DNA of 64,000 nucleotides from Gemmatimonadales bacterium (GCA_038209515.1 JBBQXQ010000002.1:12364-76363), one strand, 5' to 3'; positions 17,704 to 27,095 are shown, numbered from the stretch's first letter. Program-made: numbers and translations. The notes: generated by a model not told the origin, from the sequence alone.

Positions 17704-19472
17704 GGCCGGAAGATGATTCCTTTGTCCTGGATGTGCGCCTTGAGGCGGTCCACCGACTCCGCCACAGGGCCGCGGGGCAGATGGAGGTCGAAGGCAAGAT
17801 CCGTGGTAATATTGTCGCCGGCCCAGACAGTCTCGATCAGGTCGGGCTGGACCGCGGTCTTGATGACCTCCAGGTCGTCCTGGGTTAGCTCGGCCGCCGC
17901 AACGATGAGAATGATGCCTGCATCAAGCATGAGATTGGCGACCTCGGCCAATCGGCGCATGTGCTCCAGGCGGTTCACCTGTTTGCGTTCAATGTCCGCA
18001 TCCACGCCGTAGAGCACGTTGCCGATGCCCAGGAAGTACACCACCTTGCCATCCTCGAACAGCTTGCCTTCCAGGGCCTTGGCGACACCTTTCCGTTCAG
18101 TCTCGTTCGAGCCGGTCACCAAGATCAGTGCGGCTTTCTGATTGTACTTCTCGGCCCGGTGCTCGGGCTGGATGATGCTGGGCTCCCACTTGTAATTGCG
18201 GAGCAGCACCTGGTTGCGTACCGAGGCCTGGCGATCGGGGAGCGCCTCCCGGACGATGCCGCCGCCCCGGATCTCGAAGTCATCGACGATTACGAACCGG
18301 CTGGTGGCCGCGACATCCTCGGCCAAGTCGCAGGCGATGGCGCGGTCCAGTTTGAGGACGCATTCGGCTACATCGTGCCGCTGAACCACTTTCCGCTGCT
18401 CCGTGGCATCGAGAGTCGAAGCGTCCATCACCCGGAGGATTTCCTCCACTCGAGCGGTCACGCGGGCCGTTCCGAGTTTAAGCAGATACTCTTTCCGCTT
18501 TACCATCGGCTCTTTGCCGAGCCAGAAGAGACTCACCCGCAGCCTCGTGGTCACCTGGGGACGGGGCTCGGACTCCAGCGTGGCCATCTCCCCGCGCGGG
18601 ATGTAGATCTGCTCCTCCAGCGTGAACCCGATGGCCCGGCCGGCCTCGGCCCGGCTCTGCACCGGCCGATTGAAGGCTTCGATGGTCTTCACCCGGCTCT
18701 TCTTGCCCGATGGGTAAAAGATCACCGAGTCGCCCACTCTCACCGAGCCCGATTCAATCGTGCCCGCAACGATGCGCCGGTCATCACCTTGCTTGGTGAA
18801 CTTGTAGACGTCCTGGACGGGCATGCGGAACGACCGCTCAGTCGGGGCCGGCTCACTGCGGAACCCGTCCAGCGCCTCGAGGACGGTGGGTCCCTGGTGC
18901 CAGGGGATGTTGGGTGACCGCTTGGCGATGTTGTCTCCACCGCGGGCGGAGACCGGTATGAAGCAGGCGGCCTGGATGCCGACCTGGTCGAGGAACGCGC
19001 CGTACTCGCGGACAATTCGATCGTAGACGCCGCGATCCCACCCGACCAAATCCATCTTGTTGACCACGACTGCGAGCTGGCGAATGCCGAGGAGTGATAC
19101 CATGTACCCGTGGCGCCGTGAGTTTTCCTGCACGCCCTCGGCGGCGTCGATCACCAGCAGCGCCGCCTCCGCGCGGGCAGCACCGGTGATCATGTTTTTG
19201 AGAAACTCGATATGACCGGGCGCGTCGAGAATCAGATAGTAGCGGAGGTCACTCTTGAAGAACACTCGGGCGGCGTCAATGGTGATGCCCTGCGCCTGCT
19301 CGTCCTTGAGGGCGTCGAGCAGGAACGCATACTCGAAAGGTTTCGAGTTCAGCTCACATTGGGCCCGCACCTGCTCCAGCTTCCCCTCGGGAAGGGAATG
19401 CGTGTCGGCCAGGAGGCGACCAATCACGGTGCTCTTGCCGTGATCGACGTGGCCCACGATCACGATGTTCAT
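17697..19472 (-). CDS. cysN: Sulfate adenylyltransferase subunit 1 (GTPase) fused to a degenerate APS-kinase-like C-terminal domain
   Basis: [21 protein letters not shown] (G1), DAPGH (G3), NKMD (G4). The C-terminal ~150 aa aligns to CysC, for example [24 protein letters not shown] against [24 protein letters not shown]. The P-loop is replaced by [14 protein letters not shown] and LDGD by LGIG. Confidence 0.9.
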   Translation of the reverse strand: MNIVIVGHVDHGKSTVIGRLLADTHSLPEGKLEQVRAQCELNSKPFEYAFLLDALKDEQAQGITIDAARVFFKSDLRYYLILDAPGHIEFLKNMITGAARAEAALLVIDAAEGVQENSRRHGYMVSLLGIRQLAVVVNKMDLVGWDRGVYDRIVREYGAFLDQVGIQAACFIPVSARGGDNIAKRSPNIPWHQGPTVLEALDGFRSEPAPTERSFRMPVQDVYKFTKQGDDRRIVAGTIESGSVRVGDSVIFYPSGKKSRVKTIEAFNRPVQSRAEAGRAIGFTLEEQIYIPRGEMATLESEPRPQVTTRLRVSLFWLGKEPMVKRKEYLLKLGTARVTARVEEILRVMDASTLDATEQRKVVQRHDVAECVLKLDRAIACDLAEDVAATSRFVIVDDFEIRGGGIVREALPDRQASVRNQVLLRNYKWEPSIIQPEHRAEKYNQKAALILVTGSNETERKGVAKALEGKLFEDGKVVYFLGIGNVLYGVDADIERKQVNRLEHMRRLAEVANLMLDAGIILIVAAAELTQDDLEVIKTAVQPDLIETVWAGDNITTDLAFDLHLPRGPVAESVDRLKAHIQDKGIIFRPW

Positions 19473-19604
19473 CCGCTGCTGCCCGTCGGGCGGGGCCGCG
19501 GACGTTCGGGACGGCGTGGGGTGCGATGAAATGCTGGTCAGACCTGTCTCCGTCGAAAATTTGAGACCGAATTTCCTGTGAGCTCGTAGCAGTAGAACGA
19601 CCTC

Positions 19605-22073
19605 TCACTGCTCCTCCGCCGCCGCATAGTCAAAGGGATAGTAGTAGTCCCCATACTGCGACACCTCCCCACCCGGATCGTTAAGCACCGTTCCTACCAC
19701 CGTTGCTCCGACATTGACGAGTTGCCGGTGCGCCCGCTTCGCAGCGACGCGGTCCGTCTGACCAGCCCGTACTACCAGGAGCACGCCGTCTGCCAGGGAG
19801 GCAAGAATTCCGGCGTCCGCCGTGGCCAGCACCGGTGGGGTGTCGAGAATGACTAGGTCGAAGCTCTTAGCGAGCTCCTGAAGTAGCACGCGCATCCGCA
19901 CTCCGCTGAGGAGGTTGGAGGGATTAGTCGGTAGAGCTCCACAGGTAAGAAGCGATAGCCCTCTCACCTGAGTGGGGCGGATCACATCGGTTACCGGCCG
20001 GCCGGATTCGCTGGAGCCAACGGCCGGATTGAATGTGAGTGACTGGGCGGCATCCGAGCCGTCGTAGGAGGGCGTCAGCAGCTCCATCAGGCCGGGAGAC
20101 CGCGGCACCTGGAAGAGGCCGTGTTGGCGGGGGCGGCGGACGTCGCAATCGATCAGGAGCACCCGCAGCCCGTCGTAGGCGAAGGTAACCGCCAGATTCG
20201 CCGCGGTCACAGTCTTCCCCTCGCCGGGAGCAGCGCTGGTGACGACGAGGGTCTTCATGTTGTCCCCCTGCTCGCACCATAGCAGGCTGCTCCGCAGCAT
20301 CCGGAACGCCTCCACCCCGACCGAGAACGGTTGTGTCGTCGTGCCAAGTGAACTGGTTGCGCCGTTGGACTCCAGCTTTGCCTTCTTCCCGGGACCGAGC
20401 AAGCCGCCGAGGCGCCGCTGGTTCGACCCCGTCCCCGTCAGGCGAGGGATCACTGCCAGCCCGGGCACGTGCAGGGCAATCTCGAGATCTTCGGGCTTCC
20501 GGATCGAGGTGTTGAGGGCCTCGAGCAGAAACGCACCGCCGGTCCCGAGCAGGAACCCCAGCAGAAGACCCAGACTGAGCTTGAGGGGAGTGGTTGTCCA
20601 CTCCGGCATGTACGGGAGGTCGGCCAAGCTGACGATCTCGACGTCCCCCGCTTCGACTTCCTCGGCCATCCGGGCGTTCTGGTACCCTTGGCGAACCTGG
20701 TCGCTGGCGGAGGTCAGGGTTTGGACTCTGCTGGTGAGGCGCGCCTCCTCGGCAGCCATTGCAGGCAGCACCTGCAGCGAAGCTCCACTCCGCGCTCGAA
20801 GGGCCCGGAGTGATTGGATCTGAGCATCGAGACTAGCCACGTGACTAGACACGGCCTGCCGGAGCTGGTTCTTGGTGCTGGCCAAGAGCCCCTTGAGCTG
20901 TATCAGATCCGGGTTGGTCGGTGCCGCCCGCCAAGGCCCCGTCGTCATTGAGTCAACACGGTACTGATACGTCTCGAGCTGTCGAAAGCTGTTGCTGACC
21001 GTTGGGTTTTCAGCCATCGCGGGCGATGTGGCAAGCGCCCGGAGGGCCTCGGTTTCACCCGCCTCGCCACCCTTCTTGAACTGGGCGAGCAGCGTGCTGA
21101 ACGTGGCGCGATCGGCTTCGAGCTGACTGGCCCGGCCTTCCAGTGTCGTCCGAAACGTCTGGACCTGGTCCAGTGCAGTCTGAGAACTGGCCAGCTGCTG
21201 CCGGCTACGGAATGATGCCAATTCACTCTGGGCACGGGCAAGCATGCTGTCGGTCTGCTGTAGTTGCTCTTCCAAGAACTGCCGGCGGCGTTGGGACTTC
21301 TGCCTGGCCGACAGGATGTTGAGATGCTGAAAGGCGAGGACGGTCGTGTTGACTACTCGCTGGGACATGCGGGGACTCAGCGAGACGTAACTGACATCCA
21401 GGATGTCGGTCTCCGGCCGATGAGTCACACTCACACCGGCATACAGCTTGTCGATCGCCATCTCCCTGGAGATCACGTAGAGGGTGGCCTCCGGGATGTT
21501 GGGCGCCTTGCGGACGGCGAATCGGACGTGGCCGAGGTCCAGCATTTCCCCGTAGGAAGCCCGCGCCTCTCGATTAGCTACCTTTGCCTTCACGCCGTTC
21601 TGGTAAAACGTCACCAGGATGCTATCGCTGGTGACTCCCGAATCGACCCGCGCCCCCTCCAGTTGATTGCTGGCGAATTCGGGTGTCATTGAGATCAGTC
21701 GCAGGCCCAGGGAATCCACGACCGCACCCATGACGCTTCGGCTGCGCACCAGCTCCACAATCGAGGCGATGGGATCCGCCAAACGATCAAGCTCCGGCGT
21801 CGGCTCGATCCCACCGGTGAGGGCCTGGCGCTCCCCGGCCAGACGGAGTACCGCGCCCGCTTTATAGGTTGCGGGTGATCTCAGTGCGAGGTAAGCGCCC
21901 GCGCCGACGCCGAGCAGCGTGAGCAGCAAGACCAGGCGGTAACGCCGGCGGAGAACCCCGAGCATCTGTCCCAGCGAGATGAACTCCCCCCCGTGACCGG
22001 GACGCTCCAACGCGCTGTCGTAGGGAGCCGGACCGGAAGGAAGCTGCCGCGCGGGCTGATACATGTCTGGCAT
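19605..22073 (-). CDS. Polysaccharide co-polymerase / bacterial tyrosine autokinase (Wzc/GumC-like)
   Basis: 822 aa. N-terminal TM segment plus a long coiled periplasmic region. The C-terminal kinase has Walker A TSAAPGEGKTVTAANLA, Walker A' VLLIDCDVRRP and Walker B DLVILDTPP. C-terminal Tyr cluster SQYGDYYYPFDY. Confidence 0.9.
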   Translation of the reverse strand: MPDMYQPARQLPSGPAPYDSALERPGHGGEFISLGQMLGVLRRRYRLVLLLTLLGVGAGAYLALRSPATYKAGAVLRLAGERQALTGGIEPTPELDRLADPIASIVELVRSRSVMGAVVDSLGLRLISMTPEFASNQLEGARVDSGVTSDSILVTFYQNGVKAKVANREARASYGEMLDLGHVRFAVRKAPNIPEATLYVISREMAIDKLYAGVSVTHRPETDILDVSYVSLSPRMSQRVVNTTVLAFQHLNILSARQKSQRRRQFLEEQLQQTDSMLARAQSELASFRSRQQLASSQTALDQVQTFRTTLEGRASQLEADRATFSTLLAQFKKGGEAGETEALRALATSPAMAENPTVSNSFRQLETYQYRVDSMTTGPWRAAPTNPDLIQLKGLLASTKNQLRQAVSSHVASLDAQIQSLRALRARSGASLQVLPAMAAEEARLTSRVQTLTSASDQVRQGYQNARMAEEVEAGDVEIVSLADLPYMPEWTTTPLKLSLGLLLGFLLGTGGAFLLEALNTSIRKPEDLEIALHVPGLAVIPRLTGTGSNQRRLGGLLGPGKKAKLESNGATSSLGTTTQPFSVGVEAFRMLRSSLLWCEQGDNMKTLVVTSAAPGEGKTVTAANLAVTFAYDGLRVLLIDCDVRRPRQHGLFQVPRSPGLMELLTPSYDGSDAAQSLTFNPAVGSSESGRPVTDVIRPTQVRGLSLLTCGALPTNPSNLLSGVRMRVLLQELAKSFDLVILDTPPVLATADAGILASLADGVLLVVRAGQTDRVAAKRAHRQLVNVGATVVGTVLNDPGGEVSQYGDYYYPFDYAAAEEQ

Positions 22074-22078
22074 GGGCC

Positions 22079-22735
22079 TTAGCGCCTGCTGGCGCGGTCG
22101 ATAAAGAGGTAAATGGAGGCGGTCGAGCCTATGACCCCGAGCGCCGGCATGAAGATGTCCTTGAAGAACGACTTCTTCCGGTCAACAACGATTTGATCTC
22201 CGGAATGCACTCGGATCTTCGCGGCCGTACCCTCCGCATCCAGTAGACTGACGACCAGCTCACGCTGCCGCCCACTGCCCTCCTGCCGCAGCACCCTCAC
22301 CCGGTTCCGGTTGGCGTACTGGCTGGGACCACCGGCTTGGGCCACGGCGTCTGCGATCGAGGTCTCCGGACGTACGGCGAATACCTGAGCTCGCCCGACC
22401 TCACCCGACACGGCTACTCGCACTAGCGGCTCGACGACGAACTGAGGGTCTTGCTCGAAACGAGCCAGAAAATTCCGGACGTTGGCTTCGGCGGTACTGA
22501 AGGGCACCCCCCCAACACGCACCGCACGGTAGAGCGGGTGGGTGATGGTGCCATCCGGACCCACGATAAAGTCGCCGCTCATCTCCGGCTTGCGCCACAC
22601 CACGACGCGCACCGAGTCGCCCGGGGCCAGTGTAACCTGCTCAGTGGTCGGCGCCGGGCTCTGGGCCTGGGCTCTAACCGAAACCAACGAGGCCGCGGTG
22701 ATAACAAGAAGGGGTCGCAGAAACGAGCGTGGCAT
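22079..22735 (-). CDS. Polysaccharide export protein (Wza-like; Poly_export plus SLBB domains)
   Basis: Start re-picked at the ATG 22735..22733: MPRSFLRPLLVITAASLVSVRAQAQ (signal peptide). LAPGDSVRVVVWRKPEMSGDFIVGPDGTITHPLYRAVRVGGV is the classic Poly_export motif (PGD...G.i..P..G.v...G). Confidence 0.85.
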   Translation of the reverse strand: MPRSFLRPLLVITAASLVSVRAQAQSPAPTTEQVTLAPGDSVRVVVWRKPEMSGDFIVGPDGTITHPLYRAVRVGGVPFSTAEANVRNFLARFEQDPQFVVEPLVRVAVSGEVGRAQVFAVRPETSIADAVAQAGGPSQYANRNRVRVLRQEGSGRQRELVVSLLDAEGTAAKIRVHSGDQIVVDRKKSFFKDIFMPALGVIGSTASIYLFIDRASRR

Positions 22736-23079
22736 AAACCTCACAGGGTCATCGAAAGGTGGGCGTGGTGCGGCGCCTGTCTGAGCAATATGGGCCTGAG
22801 CGTAAAACATCCGTCCCGCGGGCGCACGAACTATGCCCCGGAAGGTCTCCGAGCCTCGGCTTGCGCATGATCACGCAAGCTAAGGCAATGTAGCAGAGAT
22901 GCTTCCGGAGTGCACCTCGGGGAAACCGTGCGGCGCACTATGAGTAAGCAACGGGTTTCGAGGCGGTGTCAGGCATCACAGCCGGGATCTGCGGGCCTAG
23001 GGATTGTTGCGCCCGACCAACAGTATGGGGAAGGTTGAAGCTATTCAGGCCACACCGGTCCTCTTAGCCCGGAATAACA

Positions 23080-23107
23080 AACGACCGGGGTGATATCCCC
23101 GGTCGTT
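23080..23107 (-). terminator. Intrinsic terminator-like hairpin downstream of the Big_2 lipoprotein gene
   Basis: AACGACCGGGG-tgatat-CCCCGGTCGTT is a perfect 11-bp stem. On the minus strand it is followed by TTGTTATTCC. It sits 53 nt after the stop at 23160. Confidence 0.6.
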
Positions 23108-23159
23108 CGTGGAGCTCGGCGTTAGGAGCGGCGCCGACCGCTATTCAGCGAATGGGCAG

Positions 23160-25088
23160 TTACGGTCGCCTGCAGGATTTGCCCGGCAATGCTGCCAACC
23201 GAGACCGGACGTCATTGAAGGCCTGTTGGTTATCGGCGTTCAAGACGAAGGCCCCATCATATCGCCACATAGTCAGCGCACAGCCAGCCGAGCCCAGGAG
23301 GATGCCCCAGTCTCGAACTTGCTGGGGGGTCATACGACAGTTGGGCGCGTACGTCCCCATGCCCCCCGTGCCGGTGCAGTCCCAAATCCCGTCACGATCT
23401 GGGACGCCGCCGTTAAGGAGGTTGACGCTGAACAAAATGGACATGCCGTCGCGTCTCGCTAGCGCGAGTCCGTCGTCCCGGTACGTGGTGACATCTCCCT
23501 TGCGCCAGGAGTACTGGTCGAGGAGGAACTCGCAGACCCTGTAGGAATTCCCGGGCTCAAAGGTGTTGTGACCATGCGCCACGCCTACCGGTAGCGCGGG
23601 GAAGATGGCCTTAACGTAGCCGCACATTGAATCCACCCGGATCTTCGTCATCGTCCCCGCCGGTCCCCAGGTATTGCCGTCACCCGCTCCGGAGACGTTG
23701 GGTTCATCCATCACGAAGTTCCCGATGATCGTCCCGTCTGCTACCGCCGAGGCAACAGCGGTTTTGATCGCCGAGGTGTTATAGGTCTGCATCTTGCCCT
23801 GCCACTTGACCATGTCGAACTGATACACGCCGTTGATGATGCTCATGTAGTTGTTGTGCGATCCGCCTGTCATCGCCAGAATCAGCTTCATGTGCTTGGT
23901 CCGAGCTGCGGCGATCAGGTCGAGAATCATGGTCGCATTGACTGGTCCGATCGTCGCCGTGAAGGCGTCGGTGTAAGGCTTGAGCGTGGTCACATCCCAG
24001 GAGTCGAATGCACCGAAAGGAATGCCTGATGGAGTTGTGGTTCCGAGGGGCACCGTAATGGTAACGCTCGAAGTGTCCGCCAACCCATCGATGCTCGCGA
24101 TCACTCGGAAAGATCCAGCCGACGAACCCGCGGTAAACAGGCCGCCCGCCGTCACCGTCCCGCCGGTCGCCGAGAATGCCACATTGACGGCGGTGCTATC
24201 CCCGGTGGTGGTGCGCCCATAGGCGGAGAACTGTTTGGTGGTGCCCGGAGCCAGGGTGACCGATGCCGGTAGCAACGTCACCTGGGCAAGCACAGGAGCC
24301 GGTGGCGTCGGCGCGGTATCTGGTGGTGGAGGCGCCGGCTCTATGGGTATGGTCGGTGGGGCGGGAGTGATCACCGAATCCGACGGGGGCGGTGGCGATG
24401 GCGGCGCGTTGATGGTGATCGTGGCCGTGTCCGCGAGGGTGCCCGCATTCTTGATCGCGATGACCCGGAAGGTCCCAACGGTGTCACCCGCCACGTAGAG
24501 CCCGCCGGCGTCAATAGTGCCGCCTTTGGCAGACCAAGTGACCCCGATGGGCACGCTGTCGCCGCCCGCGAGCCGGCCAGTGGCCGCAAAGATTTGGCTC
24601 ACGCCGGGGTTCAGCGTGGCGCTACTAGGGGTCACTACGACCGACTTTACCTTAGCCTGGCGCCGAACGACCGTGATCGTGGAGGTCTGGACCACGTCGG
24701 TGCCGTCACTCGTGCGCGCACTTCCTGCGACCTGGTACATGCCGACCGACGCTGCGGAGAATCTGCCATCTGGCAGAATCGTCCCGCCCGTCGTGCTCCA
24801 GGTTACGGGAGCTGCGACCTCATCGCCGGCCCGATTACGGCCGCGCGCACGGAATTGAAGCAATTGGTTGGTTTCGACAATGACACTGCTGGGACTGACG
24901 AGCAGTGCCACCGGAGTGCTTTCACGAGGCCGCCAGGCGTAGATCCCGGATCCAGGGACGTCAACGGGGGAGTTATCTGGCGAGGTGGCATCGCCACCGG
25001 TGCATCCAGCGAACAGCAGTAGGACCGGCAGCATAGCGAAGTGTCGTGAGATTGCCAGTCTCCGCGCAAGCTTGAAGGTGTACGTCAT
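23160..25088 (-). CDS. Lipoprotein with three Big_2 (bacterial Ig-like) domains, a Pro-rich linker, and a C-terminal ~290 aa domain of unknown function (paralog A)
   Basis: Lipobox LLLFAGCTGG. There are three repeats of the ...V.V.P.s..l..G...qf.A.g....G......v.Ws...g.i...G.... type. Linker PPSPPPPSDSVITPAPPTIPIEPAPPPPDTAPTPPAP. The C-terminal domain is shared with 27173..28384 (DGTIIGNFVMDEPN, LNLLNGG, ALTMWRYD, ALPGKSC). Confidence 0.85.
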   Translation of the reverse strand: MTYTFKLARRLAISRHFAMLPVLLLFAGCTGGDATSPDNSPVDVPGSGIYAWRPRESTPVALLVSPSSVIVETNQLLQFRARGRNRAGDEVAAPVTWSTTGGTILPDGRFSAASVGMYQVAGSARTSDGTDVVQTSTITVVRRQAKVKSVVVTPSSATLNPGVSQIFAATGRLAGGDSVPIGVTWSAKGGTIDAGGLYVAGDTVGTFRVIAIKNAGTLADTATITINAPPSPPPPSDSVITPAPPTIPIEPAPPPPDTAPTPPAPVLAQVTLLPASVTLAPGTTKQFSAYGRTTTGDSTAVNVAFSATGGTVTAGGLFTAGSSAGSFRVIASIDGLADTSSVTITVPLGTTTPSGIPFGAFDSWDVTTLKPYTDAFTATIGPVNATMILDLIAAARTKHMKLILAMTGGSHNNYMSIINGVYQFDMVKWQGKMQTYNTSAIKTAVASAVADGTIIGNFVMDEPNVSGAGDGNTWGPAGTMTKIRVDSMCGYVKAIFPALPVGVAHGHNTFEPGNSYRVCEFLLDQYSWRKGDVTTYRDDGLALARRDGMSILFSVNLLNGGVPDRDGIWDCTGTGGMGTYAPNCRMTPQQVRDWGILLGSAGCALTMWRYDGAFVLNADNQQAFNDVRSRLAALPGKSCRRP

Positions 25089-25434
25089 CGGTCTACCCTT
25101 TCATCGCTCTCCTCGGATCAGTCCCAACCGTTCCCCGAAAGCCACCACCACCCTTGGGCTACAATTACTATACGAATGTAGGGCACTGCGCTCAAGTGGA
25201 AATTTCCGAACAGCTAGTGATTAGTGAGCATTCACTAAACATCATAACTGCCATTTCTATGGTTGGTTATACGTAGCAAGAAATTTCGTTTGTAACAAGA
25301 TAGCGCATAGTATTACTACGGTCGAGCGAGGCGGTGCAGCCTGCAAACTGATGCATAACTACTGGCCACTAGACTCCGTTCCAAGAGGCCCTACATTCAG
25401 TTCACCTGCTCCGAACGGCCCCTAGCCCTAAGCC

Positions 25435-25914
25435 ATGACCGATCTCTCCCAACCCGGCAGCGCCCAACCGGCACCCCGCCGAGCAGGGTCTGGCCCTACG
25501 GTCCTAGTCGTGGAGGATGAGGACCCCCTTCGCAGCGCCATCCGGCGGTTGCTGCAAACTGAGGGCTATGCCGTTCTGGAGGCCCAGAACGGAGCCAGGG
25601 CGCTCGAGCTCCTGACCGGGAGCGAGGCAGCAGCGGGAGTCGAGCTGGTCCTGACCGACCTTCGGATGCCGGTGATGGACGGACGCCAGCTCGCGGCTGC
25701 CCTCGCGCGGGTGCGTCCCAGCCTGCCCATCGTGTTCATGTCGGGGTTCACCGCGCAGCTCATGGACATGCGACTGGTGTCGCCGCAGCTCGCCTTCCTG
25801 GCCAAGCCGTTTCGGAATGACGACCTACTGGCCACCATTCGAAACCAACTCGGTGCCGGCAGCATCGCCCGCCGCAACGTTCAAGAACCGACCCGAAAGG
25901 ATCCTGAAGTTTGA
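25435..25914 (+). CDS. Stand-alone response-regulator receiver (CheY-like) protein
   Basis: TVLVVEDEDPLR (acidic pocket), LVLTDLRMPVMDG (phospho-acceptor Asp), IVFMSGF, FLAKPF (conserved Lys). There is no output domain. Confidence 0.9.
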   Translation: MTDLSQPGSAQPAPRRAGSGPTVLVVEDEDPLRSAIRRLLQTEGYAVLEAQNGARALELLTGSEAAAGVELVLTDLRMPVMDGRQLAAALARVRPSLPIVFMSGFTAQLMDMRLVSPQLAFLAKPFRNDDLLATIRNQLGAGSIARRNVQEPTRKDPEV

Positions 25915-27095
25915 ACATCGCTTACGTCGTGACGAGGTTGGATCCCATTGGGGGTGTGCAGATCCACCTGCGGGACCTCACGGGGGCGCTGCAGGCGCAG
26001 GGCCACGCGCCGACCGTGATCACGGGTGGAACTGGGCCGTTGATCGATGAGCTTCGGGCCCAAGGCACGCCGACGGTGATCCTCCGGCATCTCTCGCTGC
26101 CGATCAACCCCCCGCGAGACGTACGCGCACTCCGAGAGATCCGTAGCCTGCTCAAGCATCTGGGTCCTGACCTAGTAGCCGTTCATTCTTCGAAGGCCGG
26201 AATCCTCGGCCGGCTCGCCGCGCGCTCGTTAGGGCTTCCTGTCCTGCTCACGGCCCATGGCTGGAACTTTACTCCCGGCATCCCGAGGCTCGAGGCAGCG
26301 ATCTACCGGCAGATCGAACGGCTCGCTGGCCCGTTCGCCAGCAAGATCATCACCGTCTCGGAGTTTGACCGACAGCTCGCGATGAAGGCCGGCCTCGCCA
26401 CCGGGGACCGCATTGTGACGGTGTACAACGGCATGCCCGACGTACCCCCACATCTCCGAGCCGATGCGGGGCGGGCGCCGGCTCGCCTTGTCATGGTAGC
26501 CCGCTTCGGACCCCAAAAGGATCACCCGACCCTTCTCCGCGCCCTTGCCGGGTTGCAGGACCACCCCTGGGAGCTCGATCTCATCGGCGATGGTCCCCTG
26601 ATGGCAGAGATGCAGTCGCTCGCCATAACGCTTGGCATTGGCGAACGCACACGCTTCCTGGGTCAACGACTGGACGTGGAGGAGATCCTGGCCCGGGCCC
26701 AGGCCAGCCTGCTAACCACCAACTGGGAGGGCTTTCCGCTGAGTATCCTCGAGGCAATGCGCGCCGGCCTGCCGGTCGTGGCGTCTTCCGTCGGCGGCAT
26801 CGGCGAAGCCATTTGCGATGAGGAGACGGGATATCTGGTGCCTCGCGGAAACGTGGATCTGCTTCGAGATCGCATCGCGCGCCTCCTCACCGACCCTGCC
26901 TTGCGGGTTCGTTTCGGCCTCAATGGTCGCCGCCGATACGAGGCGCACTTCACCCTGAACCACTTCGTGACGAATACGCTGGCCGTGTATGAGGACGTTC
27001 TCGGGAAGGGGAAGGGCGCGGATGGCCGGATGGCCCGGAAACGAATCTCCCACCTTGATGTGGTCAGATCTCCCGATTCGACGAAGCCCTGGTAG
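25911..27095 (+). CDS. Family-4-type (GT-B) glycosyltransferase
   Basis: The TTG start at 25911 overlaps the receiver gene's stop as TTGA. HSSKAGILG; EGFPLSILEAMRAGLPVVASSVGGIGEAICDEETG (E-x7-E motif region). Confidence 0.9.
   Translation: MNIAYVVTRLDPIGGVQIHLRDLTGALQAQGHAPTVITGGTGPLIDELRAQGTPTVILRHLSLPINPPRDVRALREIRSLLKHLGPDLVAVHSSKAGILGRLAARSLGLPVLLTAHGWNFTPGIPRLEAAIYRQIERLAGPFASKIITVSEFDRQLAMKAGLATGDRIVTVYNGMPDVPPHLRADAGRAPARLVMVARFGPQKDHPTLLRALAGLQDHPWELDLIGDGPLMAEMQSLAITLGIGERTRFLGQRLDVEEILARAQASLLTTNWEGFPLSILEAMRAGLPVVASSVGGIGEAICDEETGYLVPRGNVDLLRDRIARLLTDPALRVRFGLNGRRRYEAHFTLNHFVTNTLAVYEDVLGKGKGADGRMARKRISHLDVVRSPDSTKPW

Noticed and set aside
22859-22880. An inverted repeat GCTTGCG-catgatca-CGCAAGC in the 5' region of the wza-like operon.
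   Set aside because: A 7-bp stem in a 350-nt GC-rich leader is within chance expectation, and it has no supporting context. Kept only as a note for anyone mapping the EPS promoter.
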